Shown: positions 25,252 through 34,750, counted from the first letter of the stretch. The stretch: DNA of 50,072 nucleotides from an uncultured Chloroflexota bacterium (GCA_937870805.1 CALMZT010000419.1:1-50072); one strand, 5' to 3'. The notes: a model not told the origin generated them from the letters alone. A program made the numbers and translations.

Positions 25252-25345
25252 CAAGGAGGCGTTCTCGAAATATTGAAGATCCCGACTCCAGGAAAAAGCG
25301 TTCGCTATATATAAATTTTCAGATGTACAAGGAGCAACAAATATC

Positions 25346-26677
25346 ATGTCTCGCCTCAACAAAATCAGTTTTCTGCCTATCTTTCTCTTGATTGCGACTC
25401 TCGTGTTTGCCGTCGTACCGGTGGCTGCACAGGATGAAGTTACGCTGCGCTGGCGTACCCGCCCAGACAATCAAGCAGAAATTGACGTATATCAAGCCGT
25501 CAGTGATGCCATTGACGCCGAATGGGAAGGGGTCACACTCCAATATGAACCCGGCAACAATGAGGGTTCGGGCTATCAAAACACACTCCTGAACGAAATC
25601 TCTGCGGGGACAGCGCCGGATGTCTTCTGGATTCCGGGTGCCAGCGTGGCAACCTTCGCCAGCGAAGGCGCGATTTTGAACCTTGCCGAATTGGCAGCAG
25701 GCATGGAAGGCTTCGATGGCAGCGTGTTCTATCCACAGCAGATGGAACAGCTCACCTATAATCCTGAAACCATGACCAGCGGTGCCGACAGTGGTGCGCT
25801 ATGGGGTCTGCCACGTGATGCCTCCTCGTTCGCTCTGTACGTCAACCTCGACTTGTTTGAAGAAGCAGGTATCCCTACCCCTGCCGAGTTGCAAGCGGAT
25901 GGCAACTGGAATTGGGAAACCTTCACCGAAACTGCGCAGGCAATTGGCGCATTGGGCGACGATATTTACGGTTTCGGCATGAACGCCTGGTGGGCGAATT
26001 GGTGGCTGTGGGTCAATGCAGCGGGCGGTGGCTTCTTCAATGAGGATCGTACTGCCTGTGCTTTGAACAGCGATGAGACAACCGCCGCGATGACCTTCCT
26101 CAGTGACTTGTACGGTACGGGCGAAGGGGTTCCTTACGGCACCGACGCAGAACCGCCGTTCATTGCGGGTAACGTAGGGATGTTCCTCAATGGTCGTTGG
26201 GCAACCCCCAACACCGTCGCGCAAGCCCAGTTCAATTGGGATTATGCAGAAGTGCCTGCAGGTCCCAACGGTCAAAGCAATTGGCTGTTCTGGGGCGCGT
26301 ATGTGGTCAATATTAACAGCCCGTACGCCGCCGAAGCGCTGGAACTGATCGCGCGCTTGACGAGTGTGGATGTTCAATCACAGGTGACGGCGCTGGGCGC
26401 GAACCTACCGAGCCGTGCAGGTGAAGATGCCGTGAATGCGTTCCTGAATGCTGAAATTACAGCAGGCAAGAACAACGAAGCCTTCACCAACGCGCTGGCA
26501 AGCTATGCGGTTGCAGAAGCTCCGCTGTGGTCGGCGAACTTTGACGCGATTGACGGCGCAGTTGAACCGCTGGTTGGTCAGGTCTTGACCGATGGCACGC
26601 TGGCAGCGGAGGACTTCGGCACGGCAGCCTGTGCGGCGGCTGATCCGTTATTCGCCGAAGCAGCAGCGGGCAGCTAA
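25346..26677 (+). CDS. Extracellular sugar-binding protein of ABC transporter (family 1 SBP)
   Basis: Signal peptide MSRLNKISFLPIFLLIATLVFAVVPVAAQ with AAGGAG upstream. SBP-like composition. Confidence 0.9.
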   Translation: MSRLNKISFLPIFLLIATLVFAVVPVAAQDEVTLRWRTRPDNQAEIDVYQAVSDAIDAEWEGVTLQYEPGNNEGSGYQNTLLNEISAGTAPDVFWIPGASVATFASEGAILNLAELAAGMEGFDGSVFYPQQMEQLTYNPETMTSGADSGALWGLPRDASSFALYVNLDLFEEAGIPTPAELQADGNWNWETFTETAQAIGALGDDIYGFGMNAWWANWWLWVNAAGGGFFNEDRTACALNSDETTAAMTFLSDLYGTGEGVPYGTDAEPPFIAGNVGMFLNGRWATPNTVAQAQFNWDYAEVPAGPNGQSNWLFWGAYVVNINSPYAAEALELIARLTSVDVQSQVTALGANLPSRAGEDAVNAFLNAEITAGKNNEAFTNALASYAVAEAPLWSANFDAIDGAVEPLVGQVLTDGTLAAEDFGTAACAAADPLFAEAAAGS

Positions 26678-26700
26678 ACGCCGCATCATGAATATGAAGC

Positions 26701-26730
26701 GGGTGAGCCAGTTAGCTCACCCCTTTTTTT
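26701..26730 (+). terminator. Rho-independent terminator/attenuator after the binding-protein gene
   Basis: GGGTGAGC(6 nt)GCTCACCC is followed by T7 (26724-26730). Confidence 0.75.
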
Positions 26731-26887
26731 ACTTGCTGCTTAAGATGCAATCTCGCAGCAAAAGGGAAACTCCGATATTTGGGGTTTGTAGGGGTGCCAT
26801 AGGTTGTGCCCCAGGCAAATTATAAACATACACATCACCCACCCGCTGAGTGAAAAAGAATACATCAAATTTTATTCGAGGGGTATT

Positions 26888-28585
26888 ATGGCAGCAACCT
26901 CACAGGTAAGAACTTCTTTAACGGTAAAACGTCCACTTCCCACCGTTGGGCTGCCCTTGATTGTTTGGCATCTCGTCGTGGGAGTGGCAGCGTTATTCGG
27001 TGCTTACAACATCACGCAGCTTCAAATTGACGCGCTGGAAAAAACCAACTACGTCATTCAGTATTTCGGCGCAGCACTGACCTTCATCTATGCCCTTTGC
27101 TCCCTGGTCGCAGTGCTGCTGATTCTCCAGGTCAACAGCAATGGGCGGCTGATTTCAATGGCTGTCAACGTCATTGGTTTTTCGCTGGCGCTCGCCTATT
27201 TAGGGCAGATTCTTGGCGTGTATGAGGGGTTCGACTACTTATCCGGCGGCTTGGCGCGGAATATCCTTTTGATGCTGGGCATTCCACTGGGCTACGCGGT
27301 AGTATGGATCGCCTGGCGCATGCACGAACCATCTTCCACACGCGCGCTGTTGGAAAAAGTGGGCTTAGGCATTATGGGGATTTCGCTCATGCTGCTGCTG
27401 CTCGCTTCGCTGGCAACCCCTGAAGCCGATAATGTGATCAGCGGCTTGGTTGGCGCGGTACTCAATCTCCTTGGCAAATGGCTGTCGCTAAACGGTTTAC
27501 TGGCAACGGCACTGGCTGCCCTCTTTGGTGCCGGCTGCTACGTTATGGTACGCGAAGCGCAAGCCTTTGGCGAAACCACCTCACAGCGTGAAAGCTGGCA
27601 GGGTTGGCTGTTCCTGCTGCCGAATCTGCTGAACTTCTCAATCTTCTTTGCAGGTCCACTGCTGCTGTCATTTTACCTCAGCTTCACCGACTTCAGTGCG
27701 CTCAGTAACGCGAACTTCATCGGCTTGCGTAATTACAGCGCTATGTTTACGTTGAGCATTAACCCCCTGCCTGCAGGCGTGACGGACGCGACGACCGTCA
27801 TCCCAACACTGCAAACCGAATTCACGCGCTTTGCGCTTGGCAACCAAACCTACGTTGTCGGTGCACGTGATCCTCTGTTCTGGACAAGCGTAGGCAACAC
27901 CTTCCGCTACTGCATCCTGCTCTTGCCCTTAAGTATTATTCCTGCGCTGGCGTTGGCGATCTTGCTGAATTCCAAAATACCTGGCATGAAATTTTTCCGT
28001 GCAGTGTTCTTTTTACCATCTGTTGCGGCAGTGGTAGGTGTCGCGCTCATCTGGAAATGGCTGTATGACCCTGTGATCGGCTACATCAACTACGCCCTAG
28101 GAACCGTCGCCAGTTGGTTTGGCATAGCACCACCCGAACCCCAATGGCTAACGGATACGAATCTGCTCCTGCTCTCGGTGGTGATTATGGCGTCATGGCA
28201 GGTCATCGGCTTTAACACGGTGATTTTCCTGGCGGGCTTACAAGGTGTTCCTAAAGAGTTGCATGAAGCCGCGACGGTAGACGGCGCGAACGGTTGGCGG
28301 CGCTTCCTGAACATTACACTGCCCCTCATAGCACCGACGACGTTTTTCATCGTCGTCACGACCCTCATCAGTGGTTTGCAAGCCTTCAGTGAATTCTTCT
28401 CGCTGATCCAGGAGAACCCGACGAACGCCAAACTCACGACGGTCTATTACCTCTATCAGCGTGGCTTTGAACGCTTTGATATGGGCTATGCCTCTGCGAC
28501 AGCGTGGGTGCTCTTTGGCATGATCTTTATCGTCACACTCATACAGTTCCGACTGTCCGGGCGTGCCGATGCCTACAGTGACTAG
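26888..28585 (+). CDS. ABC sugar permease (MalF-like) fused to a ~234-aa N-terminal polytopic extension
   Basis: ATG 26888 is preceded by GAGGGG, and the ORF-track start at 26804 is unlikely. The canonical permease begins near ESWQGWLFLLPNLLNF (nt ~27590). EAA loop: ELHEAATVDGANGWRRFLNITLPLIAP. Confidence 0.85.
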   Translation: MAATSQVRTSLTVKRPLPTVGLPLIVWHLVVGVAALFGAYNITQLQIDALEKTNYVIQYFGAALTFIYALCSLVAVLLILQVNSNGRLISMAVNVIGFSLALAYLGQILGVYEGFDYLSGGLARNILLMLGIPLGYAVVWIAWRMHEPSSTRALLEKVGLGIMGISLMLLLLASLATPEADNVISGLVGAVLNLLGKWLSLNGLLATALAALFGAGCYVMVREAQAFGETTSQRESWQGWLFLLPNLLNFSIFFAGPLLLSFYLSFTDFSALSNANFIGLRNYSAMFTLSINPLPAGVTDATTVIPTLQTEFTRFALGNQTYVVGARDPLFWTSVGNTFRYCILLLPLSIIPALALAILLNSKIPGMKFFRAVFFLPSVAAVVGVALIWKWLYDPVIGYINYALGTVASWFGIAPPEPQWLTDTNLLLLSVVIMASWQVIGFNTVIFLAGLQGVPKELHEAATVDGANGWRRFLNITLPLIAPTTFFIVVTTLISGLQAFSEFFSLIQENPTNAKLTTVYYLYQRGFERFDMGYASATAWVLFGMIFIVTLIQFRLSGRADAYSD

Positions 28586-28592
28586 GAGGACA

Positions 28593-29849
28593 ATGATGGC
28601 AGTGACCAAAGTACAATCAACGGCTATTCGCGATGAACGCCAGCAGCAGCTCATCTGGTTATGGCTACAGCGGGGCATCATTTATGTACTGCTGACACTG
28701 TGTGCGTTATTAATGTTGTTTCCGTTCCTCTATATGTTTATGACCTCGCTGAAGACCGCCGATGATGTGTTCCATTCACCGCCGCGTTTGTTTCCCTATA
28801 CGCCGGAAACGACGGCTGAAGGACAGACGATTTATCTCATCGACATTGACGGCGTAGAACATAGAATGATTCAGGACGAAAGCGCTGATCCTGCAACGTT
28901 CGGATTTTTTACAACGCAGGACAACATTAATGCCGCTGACCCTGAGCAAAGCACAGGGATTATCCGCGTGCTGCTGGACGAAGCGACAGACACCGGTCAA
29001 ACGATCACCCTTGGCTCAACAGATTTTGCAGTCTATCAAGTGACCGTCGATGGGCAAACCCAAGAACTGCTTTTAGCGTATCGTCGTGGGCTACGCCGCT
29101 TTGTAGACATCAGCGATCCCACGATTAGCGCGTATTCTGCACCACGCAACACGCCTCTCTCGGAGTTTGTAAATCCGCAGTGGCAGAATTATCAATCGGT
29201 GTTGAATTTACGCAACCTCAATCGGGCGCTGGTCAATACGACACTAGTCACGGTCATGGTGACGGCAGGACAGGTGACCACCTCGCTGTTAGGCGGCTAC
29301 GCTTTCTCGCGTATTCGCTTTCGCGGACGTAATGCGCTGTTCATGGTCTATCTCGGCACGATCATGATTCCGTTCGTGGTGTTAATCATTCCGCTGTATC
29401 AACTCATGGTTGTGCTCAACTGGCAGAATAAATTGGTGGCGCTGATTTTGCCCTGGATTTTTACGGCATATGGCACATTTTTGATGCGTCAATTCTTCAT
29501 CACAATCCCTAAAGATTTGGAAGAAGCCGCCTTTTTAGATGGCACATCGCGCTTCGGCATTTTGTGGCACATCTTTATCCCCCTCAGTGGACCTGCTATC
29601 GCCACCCAGACGATTATCACGTTCCTTTACGCATGGAATAGCTTTTTGTGGCCCCTGATTATCATTAATCCGGGCAACCTATCGTCGCATGTCGTGACGC
29701 TGGCATTGAACCAACTGCGCAACGCCGCCGCCAGCGAGCCAAATCTGGTACTGACGGGCGCAGCGATTGCAGTTTTGCCACCGATGATTGTATTTATCCT
29801 CGCGCAGCGTTATTTCATCGAGGGGATTGCGTCAACGGGGTTGAAGTAA
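28593..29849 (+). CDS. ABC sugar permease (MalG-like) with enlarged first extracytoplasmic loop
   Basis: AGGAGG at 28584-28589 precedes ATGATG at 28593/28596. EAA loop: DLEEAAFLDGTSRFGILWHIFIPLSGP. Confidence 0.85.
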   Translation: MMAVTKVQSTAIRDERQQQLIWLWLQRGIIYVLLTLCALLMLFPFLYMFMTSLKTADDVFHSPPRLFPYTPETTAEGQTIYLIDIDGVEHRMIQDESADPATFGFFTTQDNINAADPEQSTGIIRVLLDEATDTGQTITLGSTDFAVYQVTVDGQTQELLLAYRRGLRRFVDISDPTISAYSAPRNTPLSEFVNPQWQNYQSVLNLRNLNRALVNTTLVTVMVTAGQVTTSLLGGYAFSRIRFRGRNALFMVYLGTIMIPFVVLIIPLYQLMVVLNWQNKLVALILPWIFTAYGTFLMRQFFITIPKDLEEAAFLDGTSRFGILWHIFIPLSGPAIATQTIITFLYAWNSFLWPLIIINPGNLSSHVVTLALNQLRNAAASEPNLVLTGAAIAVLPPMIVFILAQRYFIEGIASTGLK

Positions 29850-30325
29850 CTTAACGGCGCAGACAGAGTTTGAATTGCTGGAAGCGTTTTCTTTGGGGAA
29901 CACTTTCTTTGTGTTTATGATGGATTCCGTAATCCCTAATTGATATAAAGCTTGACATCCCTCATGCTAGTCATCCAGCCTCTGAGGTTATTTTGATTGC
30001 CCTAAAGCGTTTAGGACTGAATTTCTGCGTCATACCATTTTTGAGAAGTGTCTCGATTTGTGGAGGTGTTGGTCAAGTTTGCACTTTTTGACATCATTAA
30101 GTTTACCCTAAGTTCATAATAAACTTTCTCGACACCAACAACCAACATTTATCTATTGCAAGAAAAACGGTTGATTTTCTTGCAACAAAATGCGAATAGG
30201 CGCGGTGATAATTTGCCTCTCGTGACGGAAGAAAGGAGCAAAATCCCCCAAATATTCGCTGAATTCTTTGAGTTGTGACCTCGAAGGCTAATATTTCCCG
30301 AATCGTCTCTTGTATCGTGAAGGTT

Positions 30326-30349
30326 GATTTGCATAAGGTATTCTGTGCC
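30326..30349 (+). repeat. Copy Z of the perfect 24-nt repeat GATTTGCATAAGGTATTCTGTGCC
   Basis: Identical to 23624-23647, in the same orientation. A degenerate second unit GATTTATATAAC starts 32 nt later (30358). Confidence 0.9.
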
Positions 30350-30882
30350 TAAAGTGCGATTTATATAACTCGTTGCTATCATAACGACTGATTTGGACAC
30401 ATAGTATAGACTGCCTCCCTTAAAGGGATGCTACGCATTCTAACGATTTCTTCTCTGATATTTTGGTGAGTTTCAGCTGCCTAGCCTTGACTGCACGAGT
30501 AGTTGGACGCATCTTTCCTAGTGTGCTGCTAGCATTCATATCTTGATACAGTGCAAGTCACGTGCCATCGGGACTGTAGACGCATGCCCTCTCTATACCT
30601 ACGACTGGCTCCAGTTTCAGCAACAGGTTTCTACTTGGGTACAACAATTTCGCTTTGGTTCTTTGGACTTGCTCTGGTATGTCGGCTTATATCCGGATTG
30701 ATTCTGTTAATCCCCATAAGAGGCTGTCTGATAATTCGAGATGTAATATGGAATGCTGTAAAAACTCAGTTCTGCTTCTCTCTATTTTCTCGGTGTTCTC
30801 GGTGTCTCGCTGGTTCAAATTTTCTTTTTCTCTTGGCGAACTTGGCGTCTTGGCGGTTAGAAATTGAATTTTCAGACAGGCT

Positions 30883-31068
30883 CTAAGCTCGACTTTGTAC
30901 ATGACAAGCTTTGCTTAAGGTGTCTCGGTGAGAGAAATCAATCAAAACCTGTCAGACTTTTCGAATATTGACATGATCTCAAGATATTTGAAAAATCATC
31001 GCTGTGGTTTGAACTCACCGAAAAGTCTCTGAAAATATGATTGTTGAGATGTGCAAAGTCGAGCTAAG
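30883..31068. repeat. Nested imperfect inverted repeats (186-bp long-hairpin/MITE-like element) in a gene-free spacer
   Basis: The outer arms are CTAAGCTCGACTTTG (30883-30897) and CAAAGTCGAGCTAAG (31054-31068), matching 14/15. The inner arms are AGACTTTTCG (30954-30963) and CGAAAAGTCT (31019-31028), matching 10/10. Confidence 0.5.
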
Positions 31069-31160
31069 GCTGATGTAGGGATGAGTAGCGTAAAGTGACT
31101 TTTAACACTTGCTCTTAATGTTAACTTTCTTGACAAGTCAAAAAATCCATGTTACTTTCA

Positions 31161-31176
31161 TGAAAACGTGTTCATA
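31161..31176. promoter_or_regulatory. Candidate LacI-type operator TGAAAACGTGTTCATA (distal copy)
   Basis: Matches the TGnAAnCGnTTnCA-like dyad typical of LacI/CcpA-family operators. It lies just downstream of TTGACA (31130-31135), a 17-nt spacer, then TACTTT. Confidence 0.5.
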
Positions 31177-31257
31177 TTGACGAGTAATTTATATAGGTTT
31201 TGATTCACTTTAGCAATCATAGTTATGTATTTTTTGCTTATATCTGTACTTTTTACC

Positions 31258-31273
31258 TGAAAGCGTGTTCATA
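31258..31273. promoter_or_regulatory. Candidate LacI-type operator TGAAAGCGTGTTCATA (proximal copy abutting the start codon)
   Basis: 15/16 identical to 31161-31176. It ends 1 nt before ATG 31275. Confidence 0.5.
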
Positions 31274-31274
31274 G

Positions 31275-32309
31275 ATGCTCTCTGATGATAAACCTTTTTC
31301 GAATGTAACTATCAAGGATGTCGCTAAGGTTGCCGGTGTTTCGCACGCTACTGTATCGCGAGTCATAAATAACACTACCAAGGTCGCAGATGACAAACGC
31401 GAGCGCATCTTAGATGCAATGGACAGATTGGGCTATGTGCCAAATATGCAGGCGCGGAGTCTTGCCGGAGGACGTACTAAGGTAATCGGCTTGTTGGTTC
31501 CTGATATTGGCAATGGGTACACGGGCACCATCATTGAAGGCATTGATGCGGAACTTTCGGCTCATGATTATGACATGATGCTCTACACAACCCATCATCG
31601 CAAAGTGAAAGAGCCGATTTATGTCCAATCATTAACGCAGGGAATGGCGGCGGGTTTGTTATTACTACTCCCTGTTGATCCCAGCGCGTATTTAGAAGGG
31701 TTACGCAGAAAAAAATTCCCTTATGTTGTTATTGACCATCAAGGGTTTGATAACTTTAGCTCCACAGTTGGTGCGACAAATCGGCAGGGTGTCTACGACG
31801 GTATAACCTATCTCATCGAGTTAGGGCATCGCCGAATTGGTTTTGTGTCTGGACCAGATATGATGAGCTGCTCTATGGAACGTTTAGCTGGTTATAGAGC
31901 TGTTCTAAACGATCAGGGTATTTCCTATGATGATCGGCTCATTGTCCCTGGAAATCATACGCAGCTAGGGGGCTACAAAGCCTGCGTACAGCTATTAGAT
32001 CTGGAAAAACCACCTTCAGCGATCTTTGCAGCCAATGATGTTTCAGCATTTGGCGTGATTGATGCGGCACGGGCACGTGGGATGCATATTCCTGATGATA
32101 TTTCTATTATGGGCTTTGACGATATACCTCAGGCAGGGTGGATGACTCCAGCGCTGACTACGGTTCGACAACCCCTGTTTGCGATGGGACGACAGGCAGC
32201 GAAAATGCTGTTCGAGTTTATCGAAGAACCCAAAGGACCTATGCGGCGCTTGCAGTTATCAACTGAGCTTGTCATCCGCGAGACTTGTGCGCGGTTCAAG
32301 GACATTTAA
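31275..32309 (+). CDS. LacI family transcriptional regulator
   Basis: [26 protein letters not shown] plus a sugar-binding domain. Confidence 0.9.
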   Translation: MLSDDKPFSNVTIKDVAKVAGVSHATVSRVINNTTKVADDKRERILDAMDRLGYVPNMQARSLAGGRTKVIGLLVPDIGNGYTGTIIEGIDAELSAHDYDMMLYTTHHRKVKEPIYVQSLTQGMAAGLLLLLPVDPSAYLEGLRRKKFPYVVIDHQGFDNFSSTVGATNRQGVYDGITYLIELGHRRIGFVSGPDMMSCSMERLAGYRAVLNDQGISYDDRLIVPGNHTQLGGYKACVQLLDLEKPPSAIFAANDVSAFGVIDAARARGMHIPDDISIMGFDDIPQAGWMTPALTTVRQPLFAMGRQAAKMLFEFIEEPKGPMRRLQLSTELVIRETCARFKDI

Positions 32310-32412
32310 AAAGTATGGTATTGAAAGGAGTAACACAAAGCAGATAGCCAAGTATGCATATATACAGTTTTGCACAAGCAATTTAAAGGAATATCTAAGA
32401 AAGGTCTCAGCA

Positions 32413-33693
32413 ATGCGCAAATTAGTATTGTTACTCCTATTTGGGTTATTGGTGAGTGTCTCATCAATGACCTTGGCGCAAGATAATCCAGTCGTCATCG
32501 AGTGGTGGCATATTCAGATTGAAGAAGATCGTCAAGCTTTTTGGGAAGGTGTCGCTACCCAATTCGAAGAAGCCAACCCCGGCGTTGACGTTCAAATTAC
32601 CGTACTTGAAAACGAAGCCTTTAAGAGCCAATTGGTTACTGTGATGCAAGGTGGGAATCCCCCTGACTTGTTCCAGAGTTGGGGTGGGGGGCCGCTGTGG
32701 GCATTTGCTGAAGCTGGTCTAGTCCGCGACATTAGCGAATTCATGGATGCCAACGACGGTGAATGGCGCAACAGCTTTGCATCAGAAGGGGTGCTTAATC
32801 TCTGGGGTCTCGGTGATGAACAATACGGCGCACCATTCAATTTCGGTCCAGTGGGTATGTGGTACAACAAAGCCCTTGTTGAACAACTTGGCTTTGATCC
32901 TGAAAACCCATATGAAACTTGGGATGAATTTATCGATGTCGTAGAAGCCGCTAAAGAAGCTGGCATCGCCCCCATTGCAGTGGGGGAAGCCGAAAAATGG
33001 CCCGGTCACTTCTGGTTTGCGTACTTGGCACTACGGCTCGGTGGCGGTCCAGCATACCAGGCGGCCTATGATCGTTCCGGCGCATTCACCGATCAGCCTT
33101 TTGTCGATGCCTATCAATACATTGCCAATCTGGTCGAAATGGGTGCGTTCCAGGAAGGTTTCCTCGGTATGGGCTTCTCCGATGCAGGCGCTATGTTTGA
33201 ACGTGGCGAAGCTGTATTTCACCTCATGGGTACATGGGATGTCGGTTTCGGTCCATCGGTATGCGACTGTGAACCACTCGGCGAAAATCGTGGTTGGACG
33301 ACCTTCCCTGTTATTGAAGGGGGTGCAGGTAACCCAACCGACGTATTCGGAGGTGGTGACGGTTTCGCTGTTGGCATCAACGCTCCTGACGAAGCTATCG
33401 AATTTTTGCAATTCATCACCAGCCCGGAAATTCAAGAAGTCGCTTCAGGTATCTGGACATTACCGACCAATGTCGGCGGCGAGGCGTATCTCGAAGACAA
33501 TCCATACGGCGAACTTTGGCTAAACGCAATGGGTGAAGCCCCTGTCATTGTTTCCTTCCTCGATCAATTCTACCCACCAGCGCTGGGTGAAGCAGTCAAC
33601 GATACGGTGGAAACAGTCTTCGCACAGGCTGCAACCCCAGAAGAAGCCGCACAAGCACTCGAAGATGCCGCTGTCTTTGAACTCGAACAATAG
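32413..33693 (+). CDS. Extracellular sugar-binding protein of ABC transporter (family 1 SBP)
   Basis: ATG 32413 gives the signal peptide MRKLVLLLLFGLLVSVSSMTLAQ. The longer ORF-track start at 32179 overlaps the LacI gene and is rejected. Confidence 0.9.
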   Translation: MRKLVLLLLFGLLVSVSSMTLAQDNPVVIEWWHIQIEEDRQAFWEGVATQFEEANPGVDVQITVLENEAFKSQLVTVMQGGNPPDLFQSWGGGPLWAFAEAGLVRDISEFMDANDGEWRNSFASEGVLNLWGLGDEQYGAPFNFGPVGMWYNKALVEQLGFDPENPYETWDEFIDVVEAAKEAGIAPIAVGEAEKWPGHFWFAYLALRLGGGPAYQAAYDRSGAFTDQPFVDAYQYIANLVEMGAFQEGFLGMGFSDAGAMFERGEAVFHLMGTWDVGFGPSVCDCEPLGENRGWTTFPVIEGGAGNPTDVFGGGDGFAVGINAPDEAIEFLQFITSPEIQEVASGIWTLPTNVGGEAYLEDNPYGELWLNAMGEAPVIVSFLDQFYPPALGEAVNDTVETVFAQAATPEEAAQALEDAAVFELEQ

Positions 33694-33709
33694 CAAATAA
33701 AGTAAACTC

Positions 33710-33735
33710 GTAGGGGCCGTCTGTCGCGCCCCTAC
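33710..33735. repeat. REP-like GC hairpin GTAGGGGC(10 nt)GCCCCTAC after the binding-protein gene
   Basis: 8-bp perfect stem. Related copies lie at 26788-26812, 47426-47453 and 49275-49300. Confidence 0.5.
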
Positions 33736-33775
33736 ACCCTTCTTTGCTCCCTAGAAATCTGACGGTAGACGACAT

Positions 33776-34738
33776 ATGGCTATCACAGCATTACCTCACG
33801 GCGACAAACAACAGTACATGAGCAGTGACGAATACAATCGTCGCCAGTCATTTAACCGGATTATTGCGATCCTGCTCTTTCTCGTGCCGGGGATGATTTT
33901 CTTCTTTGCCTTTGTGCTGATTCCGGTTTCCAACTCGCTTTATTATAGTGTCTTCAATTGGAATGGGCTGGGTCCGCCAACTGATTTTGTTGGACTAAGA
34001 AATTATAATTTTTTGCTGAATCAAAGAGCATTCCAGCAGTCGATTCAAAACAGTTTTATGATTGTCATATTGTCGCTGCTGATACAGTTACCGATGGCGT
34101 TAGCATTAGCGTTAGTCGTCGGGCGTGGTCATTTACGCGGACGGAGTATCTTCCGCACCATTCTATTTATTCCATTTGTTTTTTCAGAAATTATTACCGC
34201 CTATATCTGGTCATATGTATATCATCCCCGTGATGGTCTCGCTAATTTTATTGTGCATCTGTTCGCGCCGGGGGCAGAGAATATTGTCTGGCTGGCGGAT
34301 AAGGACATCGCGCTATTCGCTGTATTTGCGGTGATTACGTGGAAGTTCTTCGGTTTACATATGATTCTATATATGGCGGCGTTACAGGGTGTCCCTCAAG
34401 ATTTAGAGGAAGCCGCTCGCCTAGACGGCGCAAACGAGATGCAAGTCATCCGGCATGTGACACTGCCGATGATTGGCTCGACCCTACGATTGACGGTCTA
34501 TCTATCGGTTTTGGGCAGCTTCCAACAATTCGTACTGATCTGGATTTTAACTGAAGGTGGTCCAGCCAATGCGACCCATGTCTTGGCGACATACCTCTAC
34601 AAATTCGGCATTATTTCGTGGCAGTTGGGGGTTGGTAGTGCAATTGCAGTGATGCTTTTCATCATCACCTTTACATTCTCGTTGATCTATCAGACGTTGG
34701 TGTTGCGACGTGATTACGATACCCAATTTGTAAATTAA
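33776..34738 (+). CDS. Carbohydrate ABC transporter permease (MalF-like)
   Basis: EAA loop DLEEAARLDGANEMQVIRHVTLPMIGS. Polytopic. Confidence 0.9.
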   Translation: MAITALPHGDKQQYMSSDEYNRRQSFNRIIAILLFLVPGMIFFFAFVLIPVSNSLYYSVFNWNGLGPPTDFVGLRNYNFLLNQRAFQQSIQNSFMIVILSLLIQLPMALALALVVGRGHLRGRSIFRTILFIPFVFSEIITAYIWSYVYHPRDGLANFIVHLFAPGAENIVWLADKDIALFAVFAVITWKFFGLHMILYMAALQGVPQDLEEAARLDGANEMQVIRHVTLPMIGSTLRLTVYLSVLGSFQQFVLIWILTEGGPANATHVLATYLYKFGIISWQLGVGSAIAVMLFIITFTFSLIYQTLVLRRDYDTQFVN

Positions 34739-34750
34739 AGTAGATGCCTC

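Noticed and set aside
30149-30886. ORFs of 83 aa (minus), 111 aa and 70 aa (plus) in the 1.4-kb spacer.
   Set aside because: They are AT-rich with odd composition (Cys/Leu/Phe-rich), have no SD-like sequence, and overlap each other and the repeat structures.
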